DNA from: Fervidobacterium sp.
GTDB taxonomy: Bacteria; Thermotogota; Thermotogae; Thermotogales; Fervidobacteriaceae
Assembly: GCA_049970055.1 (NCBI GenBank)
Contig: JBMFNR010000001.1
Coordinates: forward strand, 352,001-416,000
Length of the DNA: 64,000 nt
Direction: 5' to 3'
Every line of letters starts with the position of its first letter. Position 1 is the first letter of the stretch. A program made the translations under genes and the position numbers. The notes beneath the pieces were generated by a model. The model saw only the letters and a program-made list of their open reading frames with translations. It was not told the DNA's origin and did no database searches. Below, one piece after another: positions 9,530-19,511 of this stretch.

Positions 9530-10480
9530 ATGAAGAAAAAGTTGATTTTACTGATCACTGTAATTTTCGTAACTTTTGCTTTTACACAAATATCGTTTGA
9601 AATTATCATAGGTTTTGGAAATGTTCCTACGTTCAGTTTGGATAATTTACCCGATTACTCTGTGGTGATATACGTTGGCGAACCTTTTGTAGATGTGTAC
9701 ATAGACAGTCTATTTGTCGGAAAAACAGATGCTTTCGGTAGGTTGATTGTGCAATTTTCCTCCGAAGGATACCACGTTGTTTGGGTAGTGAGTTCAAACG
9801 AATTTATAAATTATGAAAAAGTGATATTCAAAGTTGAGAAAAAACCAAGTTACGTCTATGTTCGAAACACTGGTCTTGGTAAACTAACGGTATTTTCAAA
9901 CGCTTACCCTGTCTACGTTTATCTACCAGACGGTAAAGGCGCTGGAATTATAGAGAAGTATGGCGATAGTTTATTGCTACCGGTTGGAAATTACAAGGTA
10001 AGATTGAGCTCGCCAGGTTATGAAAGCGTAGAATCCCAGGTCAACATACTATTTAAAAAAGATAATCCTCTATGGGTTGAATTTAAACCTCTCCCGTTCA
10101 ATTTAGAGCTGATAGTAAAACCTAAAATATTTTCACCAAACGGCGATTGGAAGGATGATGAGTGTTACATAAAGATTTATTCCTCAAGAAAAGCTGACGG
10201 AGTACTTCAAATAAGTGATTTTTCTGGTAAAATTGTATACGAAAGAAAAATTTCAGTCCAACCCGGTACAACAGAGATAAAGTGGGATGGTGGAGGAAAT
10301 AAGGACGGTACTTATACCGTCACTGTTTTGTTATCAGACGGTATTTCTAAAATCGAAAGAAAGGTGAATGTAATAATAGACACAACTACTTATACGTACA
10401 CAAAAGAAATAACATTGACGATATTGGGGTTATTTTTGGCACTTATGGGATATTTAATTTACACGACCGTAAATCAGTAA
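9530..10480 (+). CDS. exported protein with PEGA-like and FlgD Ig-like domains and a C-terminal TM anchor
   Basis: signal peptide; VYIDSLFVGKT and YKVRLSSPGY (PEGA-like); FSPNGDWKDD...WDG...DGTYTV (FlgD-Ig). Confidence 0.7.
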   Translation: MKKKLILLITVIFVTFAFTQISFEIIIGFGNVPTFSLDNLPDYSVVIYVGEPFVDVYIDSLFVGKTDAFGRLIVQFSSEGYHVVWVVSSNEFINYEKVIFKVEKKPSYVYVRNTGLGKLTVFSNAYPVYVYLPDGKGAGIIEKYGDSLLLPVGNYKVRLSSPGYESVESQVNILFKKDNPLWVEFKPLPFNLELIVKPKIFSPNGDWKDDECYIKIYSSRKADGVLQISDFSGKIVYERKISVQPGTTEIKWDGGGNKDGTYTVTVLLSDGISKIERKVNVIIDTTTYTYTKEITLTILGLFLALMGYLIYTTVNQ

Positions 10481-10530
10481 TCATTTAGAAAAATGTGGAA
10501 TTAGTACCAAATAAACTTGGAGGTGTAAGT

Positions 10531-11640
10531 GTGATTACGTACGAAATGAAACAACGAATCGATGAACTTAAGAAGAAATACGATGATATCATTGAGGTTT
10601 TCCACCCGGAAGATAAGAAAGAGAAGTTAAAAGAATTAGAGCGAGAAACTTTGGATCCAAATTTTTGGAACGACCAGAAAAAAGCCCAGCAGGTAAATCG
10701 AGAGATCCAAAGGATCCGCAAAATAGTTGAAGATATGGAGAAGATCAAAACACTTTTTGAAGATATAGAAGTTGGTATAGAGCTTGCGGAAGAAGATCTA
10801 TCGATGCAGGAGCACTTAGAAGAAATAATCGATGAAGTTGCTCAAAAAATTAGGGAATTTGAGTTGGCGTTGATACTTAATGGTAAATTCGATAGCTCAA
10901 ATGCGTATCTTTCTATCCATCCTGGAGCCGGTGGCACTGAGTCACAGGATTGGGCTTCAATGCTTTTGAGAATGTACACGAGGTGGGCAGAGAGGAAAGG
11001 TTTTTCTGTAGAGTTAGTTGATTACCAAGAGGGAGAAGAAGCGGGCATTAAGAGTGCAACACTTTACATAAAAGGTGATTTTGCTTATGGATATCTGAAA
11101 TATGAAAGAGGAGTACATAGGCTTGTACGTATCTCTCCATTCGATGCTAACAAAAGGAGACATACTTCTTTTGCTTCCGTCAATGTTCTGCCTGAAATAG
11201 AGGATGATATAGATATAGAAATAAGGCCAGAAGATCTCAGGATTGATACGTACAGAGCAAGCGGTGCGGGTGGTCAGTACGTTAATAAGACCGAATCAGC
11301 TATAAGAATAACCCATATACCTACTGGTATTGTAGTCACATGTCAAACTGAACGGTCACAATTACAAAACAGAGAAACAGCGATGAAGATGTTGAAAGCA
11401 AGACTTTATCAACTGGAGTTAGAAAAAAGAAGAAGGCAGCTTGAGCAAATTCAAGGAGAGTTAAGAGATATCAGTTGGGGTAATCAGATACGTTCGTACG
11501 TGTTCCAACCATACACAATGGTGAAAGACCACAGAACAGATGTGGAAACTGGTAACATTGAAGCTGTTATGGATGGAGAGATCGATATGTTTATAGAAGC
11601 TGAATTAGTTTACTATGCGAAGATGGGTATAAATGAATAA
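10531..11640 (+). CDS. prfB: peptide chain release factor 2
   Basis: [16 protein letters not shown] motifs; GTG start at 10531 behind GGAGGTG; single frame. Confidence 0.96.
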   Translation: MITYEMKQRIDELKKKYDDIIEVFHPEDKKEKLKELERETLDPNFWNDQKKAQQVNREIQRIRKIVEDMEKIKTLFEDIEVGIELAEEDLSMQEHLEEIIDEVAQKIREFELALILNGKFDSSNAYLSIHPGAGGTESQDWASMLLRMYTRWAERKGFSVELVDYQEGEEAGIKSATLYIKGDFAYGYLKYERGVHRLVRISPFDANKRRHTSFASVNVLPEIEDDIDIEIRPEDLRIDTYRASGAGGQYVNKTESAIRITHIPTGIVVTCQTERSQLQNRETAMKMLKARLYQLELEKRRRQLEQIQGELRDISWGNQIRSYVFQPYTMVKDHRTDVETGNIEAVMDGEIDMFIEAELVYYAKMGINE

Positions 11641-11672
11641 TTACAAATAATTGAGAATAATTGCGAATAACT
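11636..11672. repeat. four AATAA(T/C)T units with an exact 10-bp period upstream of minD
   Basis: AATAATT at 11636, 11646, 11656 and AATAACT at 11666. Confidence 0.8.
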
Positions 11673-11691
11673 ATGTGGGGAGTGGGTTCTG

Positions 11692-12507
11692 ATGAATATT
11701 AAACCGAAAGTTTTTGTTGTAACATCAGGCAAAGGTGGTGTTGGTAAAACAACATTCACTTCGAATTTGGGATGTACACTTGCGAAGATGGGCGAACGTG
11801 TATGCCTTATAGATGCGGACATAGGTTTGAAGAACTTAGATGTTGTTTTAGGTTTGGAAAACAGGATCATATATACATCTTTTGATGTTGTAAACGGTAC
11901 AGTTTCAGCAAAGGAAGCCTTAGTAAAACACAAACAGTTGAAAAACCTTTACCTTTTAGCTGCTTCGCAGGTGGCAACGAAAGAGATGATGGCACCTGAA
12001 GATATGAAAAGGATTGTACAAGAATTGTATGACGATTTTGATTACATACTCATAGATTCGCCAGCTGGTATAGAAAGAGGATTTAGAAACTCCGTGGCAC
12101 CAGCCGAGGCGGCATTTATAGTTACAACCCCCGAACTTCCTGCTATCTCTGATGCAGACAGAGTGATAGGTTTACTTGAAAACTACGGTTTCACGGAAGA
12201 TAAAATGTACATAGTGCTTAATAAATTTAAAGTGCACATGGCAAAACGTGGTGATATGCTTGACAAAAGTGATGTTGAAAAAGCTCTTGCAATGAGACTG
12301 ATAGGTGTTATACCAGATTCCGAGGAAGTTATTGTAGCAACTAACAAAGGTATTCCCGCTGTACTTGAGGATGGTTTAGTAATTGGAAAGAGTTTTGAGA
12401 ATATCGTCAGAAGAATCAAGGGGGAAGATATACCAATAGACGAAGATCTAAAAGGTGTATCGAAAGGATTTCTTTCTTCGTTACTTTCTATGTTTAAGAA
12501 GAGGTGA
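11692..12507 (+). CDS. minD: septum site-determining ATPase MinD
   Basis: SGKGGVGKTT, DADIGLKNLD, DSPAGIE, C-terminal amphipathic helix FLSSLLSMF. Confidence 0.95.
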   Translation: MNIKPKVFVVTSGKGGVGKTTFTSNLGCTLAKMGERVCLIDADIGLKNLDVVLGLENRIIYTSFDVVNGTVSAKEALVKHKQLKNLYLLAASQVATKEMMAPEDMKRIVQELYDDFDYILIDSPAGIERGFRNSVAPAEAAFIVTTPELPAISDADRVIGLLENYGFTEDKMYIVLNKFKVHMAKRGDMLDKSDVEKALAMRLIGVIPDSEEVIVATNKGIPAVLEDGLVIGKSFENIVRRIKGEDIPIDEDLKGVSKGFLSSLLSMFKKR

Positions 12508-12512
12508 TTGTG

Positions 12513-12788
12513 ATGTGGATTATAGACATATTTAAAAAGAAAAAACATAAAAATACCAAATCACCGAAAGAAGAGGCCGCCGAAAGACTTGAAACGATGC
12601 TTACAAGAAGAAGAGAAATTGTGAAAGTGATTCCTGTTGAAGACTTTGAAGCAAATTCTGAAGAAATAAAATATGCGGTTATCGAGACAATTTCGAAGAA
12701 GTTCAATATTCCGCCCGAGAAAGTTAGGGTTGATTACCATGAACAGAATGGTTATGTAGTTATCGTAACAAATGTGAATTTCAAATAA
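12513..12788 (+). CDS. minE: MinE-like topological specificity factor
   Basis: follows minD; N-terminal amphipathic helix and SPKEEAAERL motif; ATG behind GAGGTG. Confidence 0.7.
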   Translation: MWIIDIFKKKKHKNTKSPKEEAAERLETMLTRRREIVKVIPVEDFEANSEEIKYAVIETISKKFNIPPEKVRVDYHEQNGYVVIVTNVNFK

Positions 12789-12827
12789 GAAAAAGTGTAA
12801 ATTAAAAAAGAAGGTGTAAAGTTTTAC

Positions 12828-13571
12828 ATGCTAAAAAAACAGTTGATATTCTTCTTAATTATTGCGTTTGTTTTATCCATGTTAAGTAGTTGTGCATACC
12901 TTTTAAGTCATATAGTTTCTCCTGGTAATCAAAAACAATACACAGCAAACGTGTATATAACAGGCTTACCAAAGGAGATCTTTGACAGAACAGGTGCTAA
13001 GACATATCAAGATTTAAAAATCAGTGAAACAACGTTGAGTATAGATTTCTACGTAAGTGGAAACAAATATGTGTACACTGAATCGAAGATTTCATCTATT
13101 TCAAACGGCCTAACTTACGACTTTCCTGGTCCAGAATCTAACAAAATCACAATTCAGGCAACGTTTACTATCAGTTATAGTACAGATACATCACTAATTG
13201 CTTATCAAAGCGTTGTGAGTATACCAATAAAAGAATACACACTCCCAAACAATGTGAAGAATTTCTACGTTTTTATTGATATACCATACTCGGACAGCTC
13301 TACACCGACGGTAAAACTCATCGACTCGGCAAGAGCTTACAAATTTATTTTAAGGACCCAAAACAGTGAGATAGTAAGAATTTTCGGTTCTGAAAATACA
13401 CATGTCTTACTAACAACAGAATCTGCCGACTATAAGCAATGTACTTTTGTTGTTGATAGAACAATTTCAAATGTATATACTTTTCAATCCGAAAGTGGTG
13501 TTACGAAACAAGGAGATCCAAAACCCATAGGAAGTGGACAAGATCAAGAAGTGATAGATTTAAGTAATTAA
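12828..13571 (+). CDS. putative lipoprotein
   Basis: signal peptide ending in LSSC lipobox; beta-rich mature region. Confidence 0.7.
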   Translation: MLKKQLIFFLIIAFVLSMLSSCAYLLSHIVSPGNQKQYTANVYITGLPKEIFDRTGAKTYQDLKISETTLSIDFYVSGNKYVYTESKISSISNGLTYDFPGPESNKITIQATFTISYSTDTSLIAYQSVVSIPIKEYTLPNNVKNFYVFIDIPYSDSSTPTVKLIDSARAYKFILRTQNSEIVRIFGSENTHVLLTTESADYKQCTFVVDRTISNVYTFQSESGVTKQGDPKPIGSGQDQEVIDLSN

Positions 13572-13677
13572 TTGTAATCATTTGTAGTTAATTTCGCAGT
13601 TAATTTTAATTAATTTACGGATGAGTCAATCGATAAAATTTTTATTTTCGAGGGGTTGCAAAAGGAGTGCAATGTGA

Positions 13678-13971
13678 GTGAAAGTTAAAAAGAAGAGAGA
13701 AAAAAAGTACAAAATAGATATCTTAGTTCTGTTCTACATTGTTCTTTTCATAGTTTTTTTGAGTTATTTTCTTACAATTTTTCTAAAATATAGCGCTTTG
13801 TTAGAAGAATACAAAACAGTTAAAGAGGCATATGAACAGGAGAAAGAAAAGCTAAAAGAGAAAGAGGAACAAGTTAAAAAATTAATAAAAGAACTCGAAA
13901 ATAGGGAGGCCTCGGATACAAGTGTCAAGTCGCCAAGCACACCAACACAATATGGAATACCTTCGTTTTGA
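13678..13971 (+). CDS. bitopic coiled-coil protein, FtsB/FtsL/DivIC-like
   Basis: basic N-terminus, one TM segment, coiled coil. Confidence 0.6.
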   Translation: MKVKKKREKKYKIDILVLFYIVLFIVFLSYFLTIFLKYSALLEEYKTVKEAYEQEKEKLKEKEEQVKKLIKELENREASDTSVKSPSTPTQYGIPSF

Positions 13972-14755
13972 AAATTCAAAAAGGATAGTTGTAACAACAT
14001 CGCATAATTTTACACAAAAAGCGGTAGAGTTTGCGAAAACACTTTCAAAAGAGTTTTCAATCCCTTATTACAACAGAAGGCACCTATCTGAGAGAGTGAA
14101 AAATGGTGAAATAGATTTTTATTATGTTGTAGATAATAATCTAAATTTGGTCATTCATGTTGGAAACCAAAAGCTTTTCTTCCACCCAGGAATTGCGAAG
14201 ATAAGAATGGAAAATTACAAAAAAGAGGGAAGAGATTATTTACTCGAAGCTATACAACCTGAAAGTTCAGATATCGTCTATGATGGCACCTTTGGACTTG
14301 GCATGGATGCTGTATTTGTAGCACATTTTGTTGGTAAAGTTGTGGGGACAGAAGTTTCACCACATATATACAGGGTCGTTTCGCATGGATTGAGGGTATA
14401 CCATTCAAAGGAAGAGTGGATAAACAACGCCATCAAAAAGATAGAACTCTACAACGAAGATATGAAGGAATTCGTAAAAGGACAGCCAGATAAGTCTTTC
14501 GATATTGTATACTGTGATCCGATGTTTGAAAATCCAGTCTTTGAAAGTTCCGCACTTAACCCAATAAGACCGTTGGCAAGTTACGATTCGTTAAACGACG
14601 AGATAATACAGCAGTTAATAAGAATAGCAAAAAAACGGGTTGTTATAAAATCGTTGGAAAAAGATAGACTAATTGATAGATTAAGTATAAAATTTACAAG
14701 GGTGATTCTTAGTCGAAAGAACGGTCTTTTATTTGCTTGTATAGACTTAAAGTGA
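13952..14755 (+). CDS. class I SAM-dependent methyltransferase, RsmJ-like
   Basis: DGTFGLGMDA and DIVYCDPMF motifs; start uncertain (13922 or 13952). Confidence 0.8.
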   Translation: MEYLRFENSKRIVVTTSHNFTQKAVEFAKTLSKEFSIPYYNRRHLSERVKNGEIDFYYVVDNNLNLVIHVGNQKLFFHPGIAKIRMENYKKEGRDYLLEAIQPESSDIVYDGTFGLGMDAVFVAHFVGKVVGTEVSPHIYRVVSHGLRVYHSKEEWINNAIKKIELYNEDMKEFVKGQPDKSFDIVYCDPMFENPVFESSALNPIRPLASYDSLNDEIIQQLIRIAKKRVVIKSLEKDRLIDRLSIKFTRVILSRKNGLLFACIDLK

Positions 14756-14790
14756 GTTTTTGTTGAGTCTTAAAAATGGAGGTGGCAGTG

Positions 14791-15708
14791 TTGGGATTTT
14801 TTGATAAACTAAAAGAGGGGCTTAGAAAAAGCAGGGAAACATTCTTCAATAAAATAGGGCAGATACTTAGACTTGGAAAGTTTGACGCACAAACGAGAGA
14901 AGAAATAGAAGAAATGCTCATTCTTGCAGATGTTGGGGTAGAAGCTACTGAGTACATCTTAGAGAAGCTTGAAGCAATGAAACCCGAAGACGCGTTTGGA
15001 GCTTTGAAAGAAATACTTGTTCAAATATTAAGTGGAAACAACGCGCTAAGCGTGCCTCAAGAAAAACCATTCGTGATAAATCTTGTTGGTGTGAATGGAT
15101 CCGGTAAGACAACAACTTGTGGAAAACTAGCATATATGTTTAAAAATGAAGGCAAACAAGTTGTAATCGGAGCATGCGATACCTTTAGAGCAGCAGCAAT
15201 AGACCAGCTAAAGGTATGGGCAGACAGATCAGGTGCAACGTTCATCGCCCACACAGAAGGAGCAGATGCAGCAGCCGTAGCGTACGATGCCGTCAGCCAT
15301 GCATTTTCAAAGAGTAAGGATGTTGTAATACTAGACACCGCGGGACGATTGCACAACAAAAAGCATTTGATGGACGAGCTTCAAAAAATAAATAGAGTGA
15401 TTCAAAAGGTTGTACCAAATGCACCACACGAAGTTTTGCTTGTTATGGACGCGGTGACTGGACAAAATGGTTTACAGCAAGCGAAGATATTTAAAGAAGT
15501 GGTTAATGTGACTGGCATCGTTTTGACAAAACTTGATGGTACGGCTAAGGGGGGTATAGCTATAGCGATTGCAAAAGAGCTTGGCATTCCTATTAAATTC
15601 ATAGGTGTTGGTGAAGGGATCGATGACTTAAAACCATTTGATCCTGTTGCTTTTGTTGAGGCACTTATGTTGGGAGATGAAGATTCAAATGCCGGATCTG
15701 TGGGATAA
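14791..15708 (+). CDS. ftsY: signal recognition particle receptor FtsY
   Basis: GVNGSGKTT, DTFRAAA, DTAGR, TKLDGTAKGG; start placed behind GGAGGTG. Confidence 0.95.
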   Translation: MGFFDKLKEGLRKSRETFFNKIGQILRLGKFDAQTREEIEEMLILADVGVEATEYILEKLEAMKPEDAFGALKEILVQILSGNNALSVPQEKPFVINLVGVNGSGKTTTCGKLAYMFKNEGKQVVIGACDTFRAAAIDQLKVWADRSGATFIAHTEGADAAAVAYDAVSHAFSKSKDVVILDTAGRLHNKKHLMDELQKINRVIQKVVPNAPHEVLLVMDAVTGQNGLQQAKIFKEVVNVTGIVLTKLDGTAKGGIAIAIAKELGIPIKFIGVGEGIDDLKPFDPVAFVEALMLGDEDSNAGSVG

Positions 15709-16345
15709 AACTTATAAATGTCCGCTTTGTGGAAGTACTGTGAAAAGTAAGAAGGTTTTTACGGATAAGATAAAAATAAAAAGTTACGACCCGGATATGA
15801 AACCAAATTACGAAGGTGTGAATGCCCTACTCTACTCTGTTGTTGTTTGTGAACAATGTTACTATGCAGCACTAGAAAATGATTTTGAAGGTAATATTTC
15901 ACCTATTTACCTTGATGAAATACACAAGGTCCAGCAAAAGATAAAGGTTCGCACTGAAATAATTTTTTCAAGTGAGCGTGATCATAAAACTGCTATTCTT
16001 TCCTACGCACTTGCTTCTTTGTTCTATGAGGCAAAGAAACAGCCCTGTAAATCGGCTGAGATGTTTTTAAGGATGTCATGGCTTTACAGAGAAATTAGCG
16101 ATAATGATAACGAGTACAAAGCTATGGCAAAAGCCCTCTTAAAATTCGAAGAATGCTTTACGAATTCTTATGTAGATCAAGAAAAAGAGCCAATGGTAAT
16201 TTTTTACCTTGGTGAGTTATCCCATAGACTTGGCAAGAAAGAGGATGCAAAACGGTGGTTCTCTTTGCTTTTAAACAAGTACAAAGACTCAAAATCATAC
16301 TACGTTAAGGCAGGTAGGGATAGATGGCAGGAGATAAAAGAGTGA
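15689..16345 (+). CDS. DUF2225-like zinc-finger/TPR protein
   Basis: CPLC...D.KP.Y...VVVCEQCYYA, then LR.SWLYR and TPR-like C-terminus. Confidence 0.75.
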   Translation: MPDLWDKTYKCPLCGSTVKSKKVFTDKIKIKSYDPDMKPNYEGVNALLYSVVVCEQCYYAALENDFEGNISPIYLDEIHKVQQKIKVRTEIIFSSERDHKTAILSYALASLFYEAKKQPCKSAEMFLRMSWLYREISDNDNEYKAMAKALLKFEECFTNSYVDQEKEPMVIFYLGELSHRLGKKEDAKRWFSLLLNKYKDSKSYYVKAGRDRWQEIKE

Positions 16346-17982
16346 GGACTTTAATAATAATCTTGAGTTTTTCATTGATAGTTCTTTTAACTGGTTGTTT
16401 CCCACTTGGGAATTATCTTAGTTTGTCTTTGAATATTGATGAACTAAATCGTAGAGTAGATCAACTTGAAAATGCATACAAGGTAAGTGAAGATGAAAAG
16501 GGGCAGACTGATAAAACAATTAGCGATATTAAAAGAAATTTAGCTGAGGTCCAAAATAATCTTAAGATGTTACAAAGTGAGATCGACTATTTGTACACAG
16601 CCCAGATTACTTATTCCGCTTCTGGTGTGACAGTTGCAGAAAATCGGTTGAAAGAACTTGAAAATAAAGTTGCGAACTTAAGTGTGCAGATAAGCGATGT
16701 TAATAAGAGATTGAATACACTAGTTACGACAGGTAAGAACTATGATGATTTGAATAAGAAGGTATCAGACATTCAAAACGATATAGCAGTTATAAAGCAG
16801 AGTATAAACGATGTGAGTAAGGGGCTGAAAACAAATAGTGACGCCATAGCACAGTTGAGTAAAAAAACAAACGATTTAGAAACAAAAACACTGAGCGATC
16901 TTACGAAAAGAGTACTGAACCTTGAAAAGAATGTTGTTACAACGGATACAAAACTTGCATCGCTGGAAAATCAGATGAAAAGTTTGTATGACATAAGGAA
17001 AGATCTTGATGTTATCAGTGCACAACTTAGGGATGTCAGAAGCAATATGCAGGTTAATATCTCGCAGAGCGATATACAGTTTCTTAAGCAGCTACAGCAA
17101 CAGATCGAAGAAATAAAAAGTACCGTTCAATCATTATCGATAGAAGAAATGCTGAAACTAAAGGAAAAATATATATACTACGTAGTTAAATCCGGTGATA
17201 CGTTAAGTAGCATAGCAAATGCGTACGGTGTGAAAGTTTCGGATCTTTCTGCAATAAATAATATATCCGATCCATCGAAATTGTACATTGGGCAGATGAT
17301 AAAAATACCAATTGGTGACCCTTCACAATACGTCAGGGTACCTTTAAAGATCGATCCATCCGACATTTTAAGTTACCATGGTCAAGAAAAAAATTCTGTA
17401 AAGACTATAGGAATGGATATATACGCGAGAGGTAAAGATATATATCCGATATTACCAGGGAAAGTGCTAAATGTGGAAAATAACACTGTGAGTATCGATC
17501 ATGGGAATATGATTATGGCAATTTATAGCGGTATAAATACTTCGTTGAAAGCCGGTGCTTTTGTTACAAATACAAAACCTCTTGGTCAATGTATTGATGT
17601 ATTCCATTTTGAATTGTACATTGATGGTGAACCGCGTGATCCGATAAGGTTGTTTACACAGTATAAAGGTATATTTACTGTTACGTTTTACACCGAGTGG
17701 GATGACGGTAAAGTATCGACTCATCCAACGTTTAGGATATCAAGAAATGGCAGAATACCGCAGCAGTTTAGAACAATCGCCGTTGATCCAACGGTTATCC
17801 CATTGGGTTCGCTTGTGTATATACCAACTTTAAGTAATACTATATTTATAGCTGAAGATACGGGTAGCGCGATAAAAGGCAATAGAATCGATGTGTACGT
17901 TAGTGACGTGAGATTAGCACTAAATCAAGGTATCACACCGCATCCAGTTTATATAATCTATCCTGAAAAGAATATTCAATAA
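16324..17982 (+). CDS. lipoprotein with long coiled coil, LysM, degenerate M23-like and 3D domains
   Basis: LLTGC lipobox; heptad region; YVVKSGDTLSSIA (LysM); IAVDP.VIPLGS...AEDTGSAIKGNRIDVY (3D). Confidence 0.85.
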   Translation: MAGDKRVRTLIIILSFSLIVLLTGCFPLGNYLSLSLNIDELNRRVDQLENAYKVSEDEKGQTDKTISDIKRNLAEVQNNLKMLQSEIDYLYTAQITYSASGVTVAENRLKELENKVANLSVQISDVNKRLNTLVTTGKNYDDLNKKVSDIQNDIAVIKQSINDVSKGLKTNSDAIAQLSKKTNDLETKTLSDLTKRVLNLEKNVVTTDTKLASLENQMKSLYDIRKDLDVISAQLRDVRSNMQVNISQSDIQFLKQLQQQIEEIKSTVQSLSIEEMLKLKEKYIYYVVKSGDTLSSIANAYGVKVSDLSAINNISDPSKLYIGQMIKIPIGDPSQYVRVPLKIDPSDILSYHGQEKNSVKTIGMDIYARGKDIYPILPGKVLNVENNTVSIDHGNMIMAIYSGINTSLKAGAFVTNTKPLGQCIDVFHFELYIDGEPRDPIRLFTQYKGIFTVTFYTEWDDGKVSTHPTFRISRNGRIPQQFRTIAVDPTVIPLGSLVYIPTLSNTIFIAEDTGSAIKGNRIDVYVSDVRLALNQGITPHPVYIIYPEKNIQ

Positions 17983-18000
17983 AGAATTGGGAGGATTAGT

Positions 18001-18426
18001 ATGGCAATAACAATGAAAAGCGAATACGCAATAAAGATAATGATTCTAATAGGTACTGAAAAGAGGCGAGTTAATGCTCGTGAGATTGTCCAGAAGTGTC
18101 AAGAAAGAATGCCTCTTGAATTTGCGGAAAAAATATTAGCTGATCTTGCCAGAAAAGGTATACTATATGCTTACAGGGGACGCAACGGAGGATACGAAAT
18201 TGCCAAAGACGTAGAGCAAATAACTGTGTACGATATAGTATCTGCTGTTGATAATCCTACTGATGCGATAAGGTGCTTTGTTTACATCGATGAAAAGGGA
18301 AATTCACCGGAAACTTGCACGGTTAACAAAATATGGGAGTTAGTACTGCAAAAAATGCAGGATGCTCTGAAATCCATAACATTGAAAAACTTGGTAGATG
18401 ACTACCTGGCGAGGTGCAAATCTTGA
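18001..18426 (+). CDS. Rrf2-family transcriptional regulator
   Basis: SEYAIK...LEFAEKILADL...RGRNGGY...ITVYDIVSAVD. Confidence 0.9.
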   Translation: MAITMKSEYAIKIMILIGTEKRRVNAREIVQKCQERMPLEFAEKILADLARKGILYAYRGRNGGYEIAKDVEQITVYDIVSAVDNPTDAIRCFVYIDEKGNSPETCTVNKIWELVLQKMQDALKSITLKNLVDDYLARCKS

Positions 18427-19496
18427 ATCAGTCAAACCAGATAAATGAAAAAGTTAAAAAAGTCGGTGTACTTCTAAGTGGAGGAGTAGACAGTGCAGTT
18501 GCTCTGTACCTTCTTTTAAAACAGGGATACAATGTAACAGCATATCATATGAAAACAGTAAAGGACGAATTGTACGTAACGAAACAAGTCAAACACAAAG
18601 TTTGCTGTAGCCCTTCAGATACGTACGACGCACAACTGATTGCCAAAAAATTAGCTGTACCATTTAAAATTGTTCATATCGAAGATTCTTTTAAGGAGAA
18701 GATAATCGATTACTATATTTCCGAAAGTGTAGCTGGAAGAACGCCAAATCCTTGTTTTTTTTGCAACGATTACATAAAATTCGGAGTAGTTATGGATTAT
18801 GCATTAAATGATGGTATGGATTTTGTCGCTTCTGGTCATTACGCAAGGATAATCGACGGGAAACTCTATAAAGCCATTGATAAAGAAAAAGATCAGTCTT
18901 ATTTTCTTGCCTCGATTAAAAAGGAAAAGTTAGAAAAAATATTACTACCAAATGGGGATTTTACAAAAGACGAAATTCGTTCTATAGCTCACGAAGTAGG
19001 GATACACGTTGCAAAAAAGATTGATTCACAAGATCTGTGCTTTGTTCCAGATAATGATTTTAAAACATTTTTTGAAGAACATGGGGTAAAGATAGAGCCA
19101 GGTAATATAATAACAAGCGAAGGAAAAATAATAGGAAAGCATTCAGGGTTGCCATTTTACACAATCGGGCAAAGAAAGTTCGGAATAGCAACTGGAAGTA
19201 AGTTGTACGTGAAGGCTAAGAATATAGAGGGGAATTTTATTGTAGTAGCCCCTCTCGAGGAGATCTATTCGAAAGATATGGTCGTGGAATATGTAAATTA
19301 TTACGAAGATTTACCAAATGAATTCCAGGCAACTGTTAAGATAAGAAAGAAATTTAACGAAATACCATGCACGGTTAAGAAAAACGGGAATGAACTAAAA
19401 GTGAAATTTGAAACGCCAACATTTGCTGTGACTCCAGGTCAGATAGCAGTTTTTTACAAGGGTGATCAGGTTCTTTGTTCGGGAGTTATAAAATAA
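18414..19496 (+). CDS. mnmA: tRNA 2-thiouridine(34) synthase
   Basis: SGGVDS, TPNPCFFCN, GHYAR, KDQSYFL, SQDLCF, YTIGQR, AVTPGQ. Confidence 0.95.
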   Translation: MQILNQSNQINEKVKKVGVLLSGGVDSAVALYLLLKQGYNVTAYHMKTVKDELYVTKQVKHKVCCSPSDTYDAQLIAKKLAVPFKIVHIEDSFKEKIIDYYISESVAGRTPNPCFFCNDYIKFGVVMDYALNDGMDFVASGHYARIIDGKLYKAIDKEKDQSYFLASIKKEKLEKILLPNGDFTKDEIRSIAHEVGIHVAKKIDSQDLCFVPDNDFKTFFEEHGVKIEPGNIITSEGKIIGKHSGLPFYTIGQRKFGIATGSKLYVKAKNIEGNFIVVAPLEEIYSKDMVVEYVNYYEDLPNEFQATVKIRKKFNEIPCTVKKNGNELKVKFETPTFAVTPGQIAVFYKGDQVLCSGVIK

Positions 19497-19511
19497 AAGG
19501 AGGCGGTTGAT

